From positions 325-64,324 of IMG/VR virus record IMGVR_UViG_3300009084_000003: 64,000 nt of DNA; one strand, given 5' to 3'. Made by a program: the position numbers and the translations under genes. Below are positions 46,316 to 55,889 of this stretch, one piece after another. Numbering within the stretch: position 1 is the stretch's first letter; each line of letters opens with the position of its first letter. This DNA comes from a virus. The notes under the pieces were generated by a model. That model was not told the origin of the DNA, made no database searches, and saw only the letters and a list, made by a program, of their open reading frames with translations.

Positions 46316-48352
46316 ATGGCCGTCACAATAAATGCCACCACGACGGGGGTTATCTCGTGGGCCGGTCACGACCTTCAGGTCACCTCGGCCGGTCGTTGGT
46401 GGGTGGCCATATGGGACACCGCCACCGCCAGGATCGAAATGTGGTACTCCGACAACAGCGGGGCAACGTGGGCTGAGAACACGGCAGCGCGGTTCTCCTC
46501 GGTGGGCGTCTCCACCAACTTCGCCTTCTACATCGACGCCGACGACCACGCTCACGTCGTTTACTGCGTGACGGGGACAGTCTCGCTGTCGTACCGTCGG
46601 AACAAGTCAATCTCCACCACTTCCGCATGGTCGTCGGCGACGACGGTCGACAACGCTGACCTGGGCTACTCCGACTCAGACCTTGTCGTCCATCGCGAGG
46701 GCACCGGATGGGTCGCCCACGTCGTCGCCACCCACAACGTGACCGGGCCGGATGAAGCGGTGGTGTGGACCACCGTCACCATCAGCTCTACTGATGTCGT
46801 CGCCGTTGGCACAAGGACCACCATTGAGTCAGCGACCGGCCCGCCCCGTCGCGGGACCATTGACTTCCACCACACTTCCACCGACGAAAAAGCCATCCAA
46901 GGGGCAACTCCTCACCTTTACATAGTATGGACGAGGAGCCTTGACCTCAAGTTTGTGAAATGCACCTATTCGGCAGGGTCATGGACGAAGGGGACGACGC
47001 GCACCATCCGTTCGGCGGCGAGTGCCCCGTCCGCGCTGTCAGTGTTCGATGGCTCCAGGGTCATCATCGCCTCGCAGGAAGCGGGCGATCTCAACCTGTA
47101 CGAACGCGATGCAGCGGACACCACCACCACCACGCGAGCAGCAGGTGGTGCCACGTTCACTGCTGGCGGGCTCGGCGCGGTCACCTATGACGCCAGCGGA
47201 AACGTGTGGGTTGTTGGTGTGTCTGTCGGCGATCTGAAGACTCGCATGTTCATCCGGGCGACCCTGCTGTGGGACGTCGCACTCACCATCGACACCGACG
47301 ATGCCGACGGGTGGGCCTTCCGCCGCTATGCCGGGAATGACATCCCGGTGATCTTCGACTCGGTGACAGCGTCGAGAATACGAGCAGACAGCACCTCCGT
47401 CAATGTCGCCCCGTCGTCGCCGACCTGGGTGAATGTCGACAATGCCGGGGCGGACGTCGGGGCTGCGCTAGTTCTTGACTGGAACTTCGTCGACGCAAAC
47501 CCGTCCGACACTCAAACCGCCTACACGTTGCGCCGCCAAATCGGAGCTGGGGCCTACGCGTATTGGCGGGCCTCGGATAGCACTTGGCAGGCTGGCGTCC
47601 AGAAAGTTAGCACCGCGACCTCTGCGGTGACGTTGGCTTCAGCGTGGGGACTTGACGCCGACGCCAACCACAAGTTCGCAGTCCTGACCTACGATCTTCT
47701 CGACGTTGTCGGTCCATACTCGGCTGAGCTGACCGTCACCCCCTCGACGCCGTCGCCGCCGACGATCACCACCCCGGTGAATGCCGGAGTGGTGGCCTCA
47801 GCATCGCTCACTGTGGTGTGGACGTGCGCAAGCCAGTCCACCCTCCGGGTGCAACTGTTCGACCCGTCCGGGTTCTTCCCTTACTGGGACTCAGGTGTGG
47901 TTTCGGCGGCGGCGACCCGGTCGCAGACGATCCCGTACGCGCTCGTCAACGGCACCTCCTACAAGGTGCGTGTCACCACAACCAACGCCGAAGGGTTGGC
48001 GGCCACTCCGACCACCCATGACTTCTCCGTGTCCTACACGCTGCCAGCAACACCCACATTGGTCGTCGCCCCCAGCATCACGTTCGCCAAGGTCACCATC
48101 GCCCCCACTCAACCGACCCCCGGCGTCGGCCAGCCGACCGTAACGTCCATCGACGTCCTCGTGCGCTGCGTCGCGGGCCGCAGCTATCCAGATCGCGAGC
48201 GTCCCGTCGGCGGGGATGGGATTCGGGTCGCCACCGGCCTGCCACCGTCAACGGTCTGGGTGGACTACCCGAGTGCTGGCGTGGCCTACGAGTACAAGGT
48301 CCGGGCGTGGGGCGACAACATGACCTACTCCGATTCGGCGTGGACCGCTTGA
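46316..48352 (+). CDS. minor tail / receptor-binding protein (beta-rich, FN3-like C-terminus)
   Basis: Thr/Trp-rich; DTQTAYTLRR, YEYKVRAW. Confidence 0.7.
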   Translation: MAVTINATTTGVISWAGHDLQVTSAGRWWVAIWDTATARIEMWYSDNSGATWAENTAARFSSVGVSTNFAFYIDADDHAHVVYCVTGTVSLSYRRNKSISTTSAWSSATTVDNADLGYSDSDLVVHREGTGWVAHVVATHNVTGPDEAVVWTTVTISSTDVVAVGTRTTIESATGPPRRGTIDFHHTSTDEKAIQGATPHLYIVWTRSLDLKFVKCTYSAGSWTKGTTRTIRSAASAPSALSVFDGSRVIIASQEAGDLNLYERDAADTTTTTRAAGGATFTAGGLGAVTYDASGNVWVVGVSVGDLKTRMFIRATLLWDVALTIDTDDADGWAFRRYAGNDIPVIFDSVTASRIRADSTSVNVAPSSPTWVNVDNAGADVGAALVLDWNFVDANPSDTQTAYTLRRQIGAGAYAYWRASDSTWQAGVQKVSTATSAVTLASAWGLDADANHKFAVLTYDLLDVVGPYSAELTVTPSTPSPPTITTPVNAGVVASASLTVVWTCASQSTLRVQLFDPSGFFPYWDSGVVSAAATRSQTIPYALVNGTSYKVRVTTTNAEGLAATPTTHDFSVSYTLPATPTLVVAPSITFAKVTIAPTQPTPGVGQPTVTSIDVLVRCVAGRSYPDRERPVGGDGIRVATGLPPSTVWVDYPSAGVAYEYKVRAWGDNMTYSDSAWTA

Positions 48353-48353
48353 C

Positions 48354-48366
48354 GACATAATATGTC
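48354..48366 (+). promoter_or_regulatory. GACATAATATGTC promoter/operator copy
   Basis: immediately after the tail gene stop, upstream of 48410. Confidence 0.7.
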
Positions 48367-48409
48367 TGGGTGTAGCATCCCCTCCATCAACCTTCACAAA
48401 GGAGCACAC

Positions 48410-48784
48410 ATGAAACGCATTATTGCCCTGATTGTCGCAGCCATTGCGGCACTCACCCTCATTCCCGCCCCAGTCAGCGCCGGGTCGAATGTGGCCGAAA
48501 TCAACAACGTCGCCACATCGTGCGCCGCCCCCGACGGCACCTACACCGTCACCTGGCGGGCAGACATCTTCGCCCCGTCGAGGGTGCAGCGTGGCGTGAC
48601 GGCTTGGTCACTGACTGGCACGGCCGAAGTCTCGGTGGCATCGTCCATCTACGTCGTGACGACCCACAGTCGGATCACGCCCGGCTTCCCGGTCCGTGAG
48701 CCCCGCATCGCTATCCAGGCGCAGATCGGTTCTGCTCGTCCGATCTTGACCGACGACGCGAACATCCCGGCCTTCTGCCCCTGA
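48410..48784 (+). CDS. secreted protein with signal peptide
   Basis: SD AAAGGAG; MKRIIALIVAAIAALTLIPAPVSA. Confidence 0.75.
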   Translation: MKRIIALIVAAIAALTLIPAPVSAGSNVAEINNVATSCAAPDGTYTVTWRADIFAPSRVQRGVTAWSLTGTAEVSVASSIYVVTTHSRITPGFPVREPRIAIQAQIGSARPILTDDANIPAFCP

Positions 48785-48790
48785 GACCTG

Positions 48791-49233
48791 CTAGGTAGTT
48801 GGGTGGTGCAAGCCCTGACGGCCTCCAACGCCAGGGCTTGCACCATCGTCGCGTTTGATGGGAGGGCGGGGCTTCCCGTTGGCGAGGAGCGCCTTCAGCT
48901 TTGACATTTCCTCAGTGGATGCCGTGGCTGTCGAGGGGGCAGTCGAGCCCCCAGCCTTGCGCTTGGGGGCTGTGTCGTCGTAGCGGTCCTTCACCTGCTT
49001 GATGGTCTCTGCCGAGTAGCCGAAGGCGACGTTCATCAAGTCGCGATACTCGAACGGGTTCATCATCGCGCCCGACACGCGCACCTTCAGAGCCCACACG
49101 CAGTCCAGGTACTCAGACAATGAGAGGTCGCGCAGGCGCAACCCAGAACCTAGGAGGAGTGTGCCGCTGATTTCTGCCCTGATGTCCGCTTGCTCACCGA
49201 CCGCGATGAGGTGGAGGGCAGTACGGTAGGGCG
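48791..49233 (-). CDS. tail assembly chaperone T segment reached by a predicted -1 frameshift
   Basis: -1 frame open from CGCCCTAC (49226-49233): PYRTALHLIAVGEQ...LRDLSLSEYLDCVW. Confidence 0.65.
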
Positions 49234-49524
49234 TTCCGACGCAACCTCCACAAGTGCGTTGACGAGTTTGCCCAGCCTGTCGGCGTCCATGTTCGGCTGT
49301 GCCGACAGGGCGCTTGCGAAGTCATCGCGTTGCGATGCCACTACGACGTTGCTGAGGAACCTGGCGACAGCGCCGTTGTCGCCAGCACCAATCGACGACA
49401 ACGTGAAGAAGTTGAGACCACACACCACGTCCCACTCGCGGCCGAATAGGGTGACAGGCTTGGTGAGGATGGGCTCTTCCTCGCCGAGAAGATCGTCAAG
49501 GTTGGTTCGTTTGGGGTTTGCCAT
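49150..49524 (-). CDS. tail assembly chaperone G
   Basis: paralog of 38016..38384; ends ERPT...SS, typical of frameshifting chaperones. Confidence 0.75.
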   Translation of the reverse strand: MANPKRTNLDDLLGEEEPILTKPVTLFGREWDVVCGLNFFTLSSIGAGDNGAVARFLSNVVVASQRDDFASALSAQPNMDADRLGKLVNALVEVASERPTVLPSTSSRSVSKRTSGQKSAAHSS

Positions 49525-49528
49525 GCCA

Positions 49529-49541
49529 GACATAGTAGGTC
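49529..49541 (-). promoter_or_regulatory. GACCTACTATGTC promoter/operator copy
   Basis: 4 nt before ATG 49524. Confidence 0.7.
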
Positions 49542-49604
49542 GGGGGGGCGTGCGATGCAAGGATGCGCGTGCTCGCCGCGCGCGGCGCAGCTATGGTTGC
49601 GGAT

Positions 49605-50387
49605 ATGACCGTCACTTTCTACGACTGGCAGGCCGGGCTCCAACCTGGGAAGCCGTACGACTACCTGTCGCCCAATCTGGTGGCCGTTCGTAATGAGCTG
49701 GCCGTGCGTTTCGGGGGAACGCCGCTCGGCGACTTTGTTGTCCGAGCGATCCGGGCCGGTTTCACATGGTCGAGCCATTCGTTCGGGTCTGCGATCAACT
49801 GGCGCATCGAAGACGCCAAGGCCCGCCGGGCGGCGATGGACTGGCTGATTGAGCATCATGTTCTGCTCGGCATCCAGGTCATCCACGACTATGTCGGCTG
49901 CCGCATCTGGCACGCCAACCGCTACCCCGGCAAGGACGCCCAGACGTGGTGGAGGCCGCAGCCCAAGAACCCGAGGAACGGGATGGGGCAGGCGTGGGCG
50001 AAGTACCTGCATATCGAAACCGACCGCAGCAACTGGTTGAACAGCACCCCGGTTTACATGCGCGGTCAGGTCGCCCCCGTCACCCCCCCGACGACCGTAT
50101 TGTTCGATCCGGCGAAAGGCATCTGGGGTTTGTACCCACTGGACAGGAACAAGAACACCATCCGCGAAGTGACGAGCGTCGCAGCCTCCGACAACGACCG
50201 GGCGTTGTGCAGGTACTTGCAGGGGGTGCTGCGCCTCAAGGCATCACAGGACGTCAAGGTCGACGGCGACTTCGGCCCGTCGACGGGCGATGCCGTTGAG
50301 CGTTTCCAGCGCTACTTGGGGTTGAAGCCCGACCGTGTCGTCGGCCCGGTCACCTGGGGCTGGATCGACCGGATGACGAGGGGCTGA
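49605..50387 (+). CDS. endolysin: M15-like peptidase domain plus peptidoglycan-binding domain
   Basis: SSHSFGSAIN, YLHIET; VDGDFGPST...FQ...LKPDRVVGPVTW; -10 TATGGT 7 nt before ATG. Confidence 0.8.
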   Translation: MTVTFYDWQAGLQPGKPYDYLSPNLVAVRNELAVRFGGTPLGDFVVRAIRAGFTWSSHSFGSAINWRIEDAKARRAAMDWLIEHHVLLGIQVIHDYVGCRIWHANRYPGKDAQTWWRPQPKNPRNGMGQAWAKYLHIETDRSNWLNSTPVYMRGQVAPVTPPTTVLFDPAKGIWGLYPLDRNKNTIREVTSVAASDNDRALCRYLQGVLRLKASQDVKVDGDFGPSTGDAVERFQRYLGLKPDRVVGPVTWGWIDRMTRG

Positions 50388-50388
50388 C

Positions 50389-51027
50389 ATGCCTGGGTCC
50401 ATCACCGCCTGCGCCGTCAGGGCGACGAGGCTCGACTCCAACGGGGAGGCTGCCTCGGGGACCAACGCCTACATCGTCTCCGATGGGCTCATCCGTCTCG
50501 TCGTCTCGCCTCGCTACACCGAAGCACCGAGCACCATCCTGTTGGATATCTGGGGTGATGTTGTTGTGAACGCCCCGGAGAACCCAGAGATGCTCGGCAT
50601 CGACCTGGCGATTTCGTTGTCGGGCGTGGACCCGGCCCTCGTAGCCTTTCTCGCCGAGGGCTGCTCCCGCATCGACCGCATCGTCCCGGTTGGCCTGCGT
50701 CTGCGCTCCGGCCGCGACCTCAACGCCCGGTATGCGCTGGAGACGTGGACCATCGCCGTCGACAGTGACGGTGCCTGCATAAACGACAAGTGGCACTACT
50801 GGGTGTTCTCGCGAGTGCGCGCCGGGGCCTTGACGGCATGGTCGTTCGAGAACGCCCCGCTGGAGTTCGGCCTTTCCGGCTCAGCCCAGGCAGGTCTCGC
50901 CTCTTGGAGTCAAGGCCCTTACACTCCATTCCCGAGTGACGAAGTGATAACTGCGGGGGACTTCGCTGTTCATGCCCTCACTTCTGTGCCTCCCCCGGTT
51001 GCTACTTTGGGCTTGGCGTCGCTGTGA
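50389..51027 (+). CDS. second tail-tube-like protein (paralog of the major tail protein)
   Basis: ACAVRATRLDSNG vs ACILRAARLDSDC; shared GP(Y/W) C-terminal motif. Confidence 0.7.
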   Translation: MPGSITACAVRATRLDSNGEAASGTNAYIVSDGLIRLVVSPRYTEAPSTILLDIWGDVVVNAPENPEMLGIDLAISLSGVDPALVAFLAEGCSRIDRIVPVGLRLRSGRDLNARYALETWTIAVDSDGACINDKWHYWVFSRVRAGALTAWSFENAPLEFGLSGSAQAGLASWSQGPYTPFPSDEVITAGDFAVHALTSVPPPVATLGLASL

Positions 51028-51112
51028 GAAGGGGACGCGCGCTGCGGTCGTGTGCCATGCTGGTGGCGAACGAACCGCAAGGGTTCTCTACTAACTGGGA
51101 GACAGCCCGCCG

Positions 51113-51424
51113 ATGACGCAGCTCGCCTACTTCTCGCCCGCCGACGCGTCTGTGATCGTTGCTGTGATCGTCGCCGTAGCTGGTGCGATCGCGCAGCGGA
51201 ACCGGCGTGACATCAAGCAGATCAACCGGGCCGTGAATCATCAGGGGGCGGATCAGCCGACGCTGATTCAGCGGGTGATCCGCCTTGAGGCCAACCAGAC
51301 GATCCACACGACGTGGACCGCTGATGCGCTGGTGGCTGTCGCTGACCAGATCGGCGTGACCCTACCTATCCGCCCGAAGTCGCTGACCGAGTACGAGCCG
51401 ATCCCGCCCAACGAGTCCACATGA
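51113..51424 (+). CDS. membrane protein of the lysis module
   Basis: one TM helix then a coiled segment. Confidence 0.55.
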   Translation: MTQLAYFSPADASVIVAVIVAVAGAIAQRNRRDIKQINRAVNHQGADQPTLIQRVIRLEANQTIHTTWTADALVAVADQIGVTLPIRPKSLTEYEPIPPNEST

Positions 51425-51501
51425 CCCGCTCTGAGATCGCTTACATCATCGACGGTTGGTGGTACCGACTGTTTCGATCATCAACTGAAAGAGGTAACCC
51501 A

Positions 51502-51852
51502 ATGAAACCTGAATACCTGAACTCCCTGAAGGCTGGCATCAAGACGGCTTTCGTCACGTTCATCACGACGATGGTTGCTGGTCTCGTCATGCTGATGGAC
51601 GCCCTGCGCGCCTGGACGGTCGACGGTGACCCACCCGACATGGACATCGTGCAGAAGTTTGCGCTGGCGGCAGTATTGGCCTTACTGATCGGCCTCGGCA
51701 ACACGTTGCTGCGTTTCGCGCAGGCCGCCGCTGTCCCGTTTGTTAGCGCCCTGTTGGACAAAGTCTTGGGCGCTGCCCCCACCTATGCCCCCCTGCCCCA
51801 AGCCCCCGTGGACCGGGTGGGCGCACCCCCCAACGCGAGGGAGGGCGACTAG
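51502..51852 (+). CDS. holin (two TM helices)
   Basis: SD GAGG; two hydrophobic helices; near endolysin. Confidence 0.65.
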   Translation: MKPEYLNSLKAGIKTAFVTFITTMVAGLVMLMDALRAWTVDGDPPDMDIVQKFALAAVLALLIGLGNTLLRFAQAAAVPFVSALLDKVLGAAPTYAPLPQAPVDRVGAPPNAREGD

Positions 51853-52323
51853 ATGGCCACAGGACATATGCCCACCAACCGAGGGAAGCTGCTCATTGCG
51901 CAGGGGGCGTGGGACGACCATGCCGCCACGTTGATCAGGTGTGGGTTGCTCAAGGTGCAGGGAGCGGCAGCCGATACCTTGGTTGAGGTCGCTGACCTAA
52001 ACACAGTGAATGACCTGATCGTCACCAGCGGCTGCACTGAGTGCGACTTCACAAACTACGTGCGCAAGAACCTAGTCCGCACGCCCTGGGCGGAAGACGA
52101 CGCCAACGATCGCGTGAACGCTGTCGCTGCGCTGATTGCGTGGGCTGCGGCTGGCGGAGCCTCAAACAACACCGTGGTTGGTGCGTTCTTCTACGACGCC
52201 AGCACGGACACGAACGACACCACCCGCCTTCTCCTCTCGGTTGACTGGTTCGCCGCGGGTTTCCCCACAAACGGTGGCACCATGAATTACGACCCATCCG
52301 CAGCGTTCTATAGGTTGGCCTAA
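51853..52323 (+). CDS. minor virion protein
   Basis: conserved tail-region pattern (CDFTNYVRKNL, TNGGTMNY). Confidence 0.55.
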   Translation: MATGHMPTNRGKLLIAQGAWDDHAATLIRCGLLKVQGAAADTLVEVADLNTVNDLIVTSGCTECDFTNYVRKNLVRTPWAEDDANDRVNAVAALIAWAAAGGASNNTVVGAFFYDASTDTNDTTRLLLSVDWFAAGFPTNGGTMNYDPSAAFYRLA

Positions 52324-52727
52324 TGCCCATTGCAACTACCCCCTCATTCGCGATCACGCCAAGGATTGGCGTTGCCTCCGTATCGACAGCGAACACGGCC
52401 CGAGATGGCTCGGGCACGATGGCGACGATTCTGTCGGCGTCGGGCGGGTTGGTGATCAAGGTGTCGCGCATCACGATCCAAGCCACGGGCGACCCGGCCG
52501 ACTCAATCGTCACCATGTTCCTGCATGACGGTGCCACGGCTTGGCTGTTCGACGAGTTTGACCTTGGTAACCCCGCTGCTGCGTCGAATACCGTGGCAGG
52601 GTTCCGCACTGAACGTCGTTATGACGACCTGATGTTGCCTTCGGGTTGGTCGCTGCGCGCTGCGATCACTGTTGCTTTGACATCTGGTGTGTGCAACGTG
52701 TTCGCGTTCGGTATGGAAACGACATGA
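52323..52727 (+). CDS. minor virion protein
   Basis: TANTARDGSGT...LPSGWSLRA. Confidence 0.55.
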   Translation: MPIATTPSFAITPRIGVASVSTANTARDGSGTMATILSASGGLVIKVSRITIQATGDPADSIVTMFLHDGATAWLFDEFDLGNPAAASNTVAGFRTERRYDDLMLPSGWSLRAAITVALTSGVCNVFAFGMETT

Positions 52728-53635
52728 TCCTGCCGGGCGGTGAGCCGGGCGTCCCCGGCCGGTTCCTGTCCACCGAGCTGTTCGAGCCCGGCGCAGCAAC
52801 GACAGAGTTTGTGTGGGTTGTGCCCGAGTACGGGTCGCTGTTCCTGCTTCACATCCGCGGCTCGGGAGGAGGCGGAGGCTCAGGTCGCAAGGGAGCGAAC
52901 CTCTCCCTGAAGACGGGAGGCGCTGGCGGCGGAGCGGGCAACTACGTGGAGGTGATGCTTCGTCGCGAGGAGGTGATGCGCAGCGGTGGGCGATTCATGT
53001 TGTCAGTTCCCAGAGGCGGTGCGGGTGGCGCGTCGCAAACCACCAACAGTACAAATGGGCTTGCGGGTGCAGCGGGTGCAGCGGCGTCGCTATTGGAGCT
53101 ACAGAATGGTGCGTGGGTTGCAGCGTTGACGGCGGGTGGAGGTTCAGGCGGTGCAGCAGGCAACACTGGTGCCGCCGCTGGAGGGGCCGGATCGACGATT
53201 GGTATGGACGCAGCGCGCGCGGGTGCCGCAAACAGTGCAACAGGGCTTGTGGGGATTGCGCCTACAGCCGCAGCGAGCGTGCGCAGCTTTGCCATAGGTG
53301 GAGCATCAGGCGGCGGGATCACATCAGGCGGCGCTGTTGCCGCTGGCGGCCCGACTGGCCGCCCCACCTACTATGCGAACTCGCCTGGCGTGGGCGGGAC
53401 AGCCAGCTCAAGTCTGCCAGGGTCTGACGCGACGGTATTCGGAGGTTGCTTGGGGGTTATAGCCGCAGCGTGCGGAGGTGGAGCCAGGTCTTCCGGAGCC
53501 CCTGCCGGTGCGGGCGGTAACGGGACTTACGGTTCCGGCGGTGCAGGTGGTGGCGCTGGCGAAGATTCCTCCAACGATTCCGGCTCCGGCGGTAGCGGCG
53601 GAGACGGCTTCATTCTGATCCAAACCTGGGACTGA
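52724..53635 (+). CDS. glycine-rich tail fibre-like protein
   Basis: GSGGGGGSG and GGAGGGAG repeats, C-terminal GGDGFILI. Confidence 0.75.
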   Translation: MILPGGEPGVPGRFLSTELFEPGAATTEFVWVVPEYGSLFLLHIRGSGGGGGSGRKGANLSLKTGGAGGGAGNYVEVMLRREEVMRSGGRFMLSVPRGGAGGASQTTNSTNGLAGAAGAAASLLELQNGAWVAALTAGGGSGGAAGNTGAAAGGAGSTIGMDAARAGAANSATGLVGIAPTAAASVRSFAIGGASGGGITSGGAVAAGGPTGRPTYYANSPGVGGTASSSLPGSDATVFGGCLGVIAAACGGGARSSGAPAGAGGNGTYGSGGAGGGAGEDSSNDSGSGGSGGDGFILIQTWD

Positions 53636-53637
53636 CG

Positions 53638-54339
53638 ATGCAGGTTCGCCAGGTCACAGGCGACGCCAGCCGCCGCTATGTCATCTGGCCCGCCGGTACG
53701 ACCGGCCCCCGCACGTCAGCCGGACTGATTGTTCTCGATGTCGACGACATCGCACCAGTCACGATCGACGCGCAGGTCGCGACGTTCACACTGACGCCGG
53801 TCGCTGGCGCGGTCACTGGCGAGTCGGTCACGATCGACGCGCAGGTCGCGACGTTCACGCTGTCTGCCGTCGCTGGCGTGGTCACTGGTTCGGCCACCGT
53901 CGACGCGCAGGTCGCGACGTTCACGCTGTCTGCCGTCGCTGGCGCGGTCACTGGCGAGTCGGTCACGATCGACGCGCAGGTCGCGACGTTCACACTGACG
54001 CCGGTCGCTGGCGCGGTCACTGGCTTCGTCACGATCGACGCGCAGGTCGCGACGTTCACACTGTCTGCCGTCACTGGCGTGGTCACTGGCTTCGTCACGA
54101 TCGACGCGCAGGTCGCGACGTTCACGCTGACGCCGGTCGCTGGCGCGGTCACTGTCGAGTTGATGGGGGTTGGCTGCGCCCACTCCACGATTGCCGCAGC
54201 GTCCGCCCTCTCTGCATTGGCGGCCGCCCGCGCCCACTCCACGATTGCCGCAGCGTCTGCCCTCTCTGCATTTACTGCGGCTACCGCTGACACTAAGATC
54301 ACTGCGGCTACCGCTGTCACGACAATGAGGGATTGCTGA
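53638..54339 (+). CDS. repeat protein with six 22-23-aa (V/A)T(I/V)DAQVATFTL... units
   Basis: DNA tandem repeat 53758-54153. Confidence 0.75.
   Translation: MQVRQVTGDASRRYVIWPAGTTGPRTSAGLIVLDVDDIAPVTIDAQVATFTLTPVAGAVTGESVTIDAQVATFTLSAVAGVVTGSATVDAQVATFTLSAVAGAVTGESVTIDAQVATFTLTPVAGAVTGFVTIDAQVATFTLSAVTGVVTGFVTIDAQVATFTLTPVAGAVTVELMGVGCAHSTIAAASALSALAAARAHSTIAAASALSAFTAATADTKITAATAVTTMRDC
53758..54153 (+). repeat. six 66-69-bp tandem repeats
   Basis: core GACGCGCAGGTCGCGACGTTCAC recurs six times. Confidence 0.95.
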
Positions 54340-54653
54340 TGAACACTGACGAACTACCGATCATCTCATACCCGAACGGCACGCGCCCGGTCATATCTAC
54401 GCCGTTTCTCAACGCTGCGAACGTCCCGGCTGGGCCGAGCGCCGTCACGGTGTCCACTCTGTCGCCCGCCGGGGTGCGAACCAACTACACGAGCCCGGAC
54501 GCCACCATCGCGCTCGGTACCACCGTCGTGTTTACGTTCCCGGCCCCGCTCACCGTGGCCGGTGACTGGATCGTTCGCGTGGTGGGCACCGCCGGGGTCC
54601 AGGCGGCAGCCTCTGACTTCTCGTTCAACATTGAAGCCACCCAGCTACCCTGA
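54339..54653 (+). CDS. small Ig-like virion protein
   Basis: beta-rich; AGDWIVRVVGTAG. Confidence 0.55.
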   Translation: MNTDELPIISYPNGTRPVISTPFLNAANVPAGPSAVTVSTLSPAGVRTNYTSPDATIALGTTVVFTFPAPLTVAGDWIVRVVGTAGVQAAASDFSFNIEATQLP

Positions 54654-54759
54654 TCTGATGGGCGTCTCTGTGAAATCTGACTGGTGGCCCCGAGTGGGGC
54701 GCTTGCGCCTCTTAGGTACCCGTTTGCATACCGCAAACAGGTGTGTCATGATGGGTGGC

Positions 54760-54933
54760 GTGACCACTTCCACTGATCGCTTTGCGCTTGTCCCTGCCGG
54801 GCAGCTCGACGACCTGTTGGAGCTGTCGCGCATGGCCGTGGACCGCCTCCCCGATACCGACCCGCTGACCTCCGCCCTTCGCGGTGCCGCGGCGCAGGTG
54901 CGTGCTGTCGCCGTCCTCGAGCCTGGCCGGTGA
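54760..54933 (+). CDS. hypothetical protein
   Basis: leaderless GTG after -10 CATGAT. Confidence 0.5.
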   Translation: MTTSTDRFALVPAGQLDDLLELSRMAVDRLPDTDPLTSALRGAAAQVRAVAVLEPGR

Positions 54934-55226
54934 ACCATTAGCTGCAACTGCGGCAGGCGAGCGACCAGGGTCGAGACGCTACGCACGGCGCGCTCCGTGC
55001 CTACTCGCAATGGGGGCTACCTTCTCGCCACGTTCCCAGACTGCCAAGAACTACACCTTGGGGCGTGGGAGGGGACGAGCGTTTACGTCGTGGGCCGCAA
55101 CACTGAGTTTGAGCGGCTGTTCAAGCGCACCGACCTGACTGAAGCCTCGGCGTACGCACGGGAAGTGAGGCAGACGATTGAGAACCTGCCGACCAGCGCA
55201 CTATGCCACCTCGCCGTGATCGCTGT

Positions 55227-55448
55227 TTACGGCTGACGCTCTGACATCAGGTGACTGATGAGGCCGAAGCCTTCAAGGCAATCCAGCATTCGGCCGAGCT
55301 GATCGTCGTCGAGGTCTTTCCATGAAGAGACGTCGCGCCGTAGCACCATTTGCGTCAGCGAGATGCGCTCCTCGCGGGCGAGTTGGTAGAGGTCGCAGTA
55401 GTGGTGCGCCTTCCTTAGTTTGACTGTCCTACTGGTCATGGGGTCCAC
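55227..55448 (-). CDS. hypothetical protein (weak Mu GemA-like pattern)
   Basis: RDVSSWKDLDDDQLGRMLDCLE. Confidence 0.5.
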   Translation of the reverse strand: MDPMTSRTVKLRKAHHYCDLYQLAREERISLTQMVLRRDVSSWKDLDDDQLGRMLDCLEGFGLISHLMSERQP

Positions 55449-55466
55449 GCTGCTATTCTACGCGCA

Positions 55467-55889
55467 ATGGCGAAGGAGCGGAATACCGAAGGCAACATCG
55501 ACGATCTCGGTGTTCTGATAACTGCGGCCATTGGCCTTGATCGGGAATGGATGGAGCAGGGGGCGTGCTACGGGTGGGGCTCGCAGCGTCCCGGCCAGCC
55601 GACCCCGTGGCAGGTTTCGCCGGGCCAAAACGTCAACGGCATCTCGGGCGCAGAGATGGCGCGGTATGCGCAGATGATCTGCTTCTCCTGCAAGGCACAG
55701 TACGACTGCCTGGAGTTCGCCATTGAGGGGAAGATGCTCGCCGGGACATGGGCGGTGCGAGCCAAGACGCTGTACTGGTTGCAGTCACAGGACGATGCGC
55801 TCGACCTCGTGGCGATGGCGCGCCGGAACAAAGTGCCAGTGCAGACCATCGCGTCGAGCGTCATGGCGGAGCGGCTCAACGCGACGTAG
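55467..55889 (+). CDS. WhiB-family Fe-S transcription regulator
   Basis: WMEQGAC...AQMICFSCKAQYDCLEFAI...GTW; four Cys. Confidence 0.85.
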   Translation: MAKERNTEGNIDDLGVLITAAIGLDREWMEQGACYGWGSQRPGQPTPWQVSPGQNVNGISGAEMARYAQMICFSCKAQYDCLEFAIEGKMLAGTWAVRAKTLYWLQSQDDALDLVAMARRNKVPVQTIASSVMAERLNAT

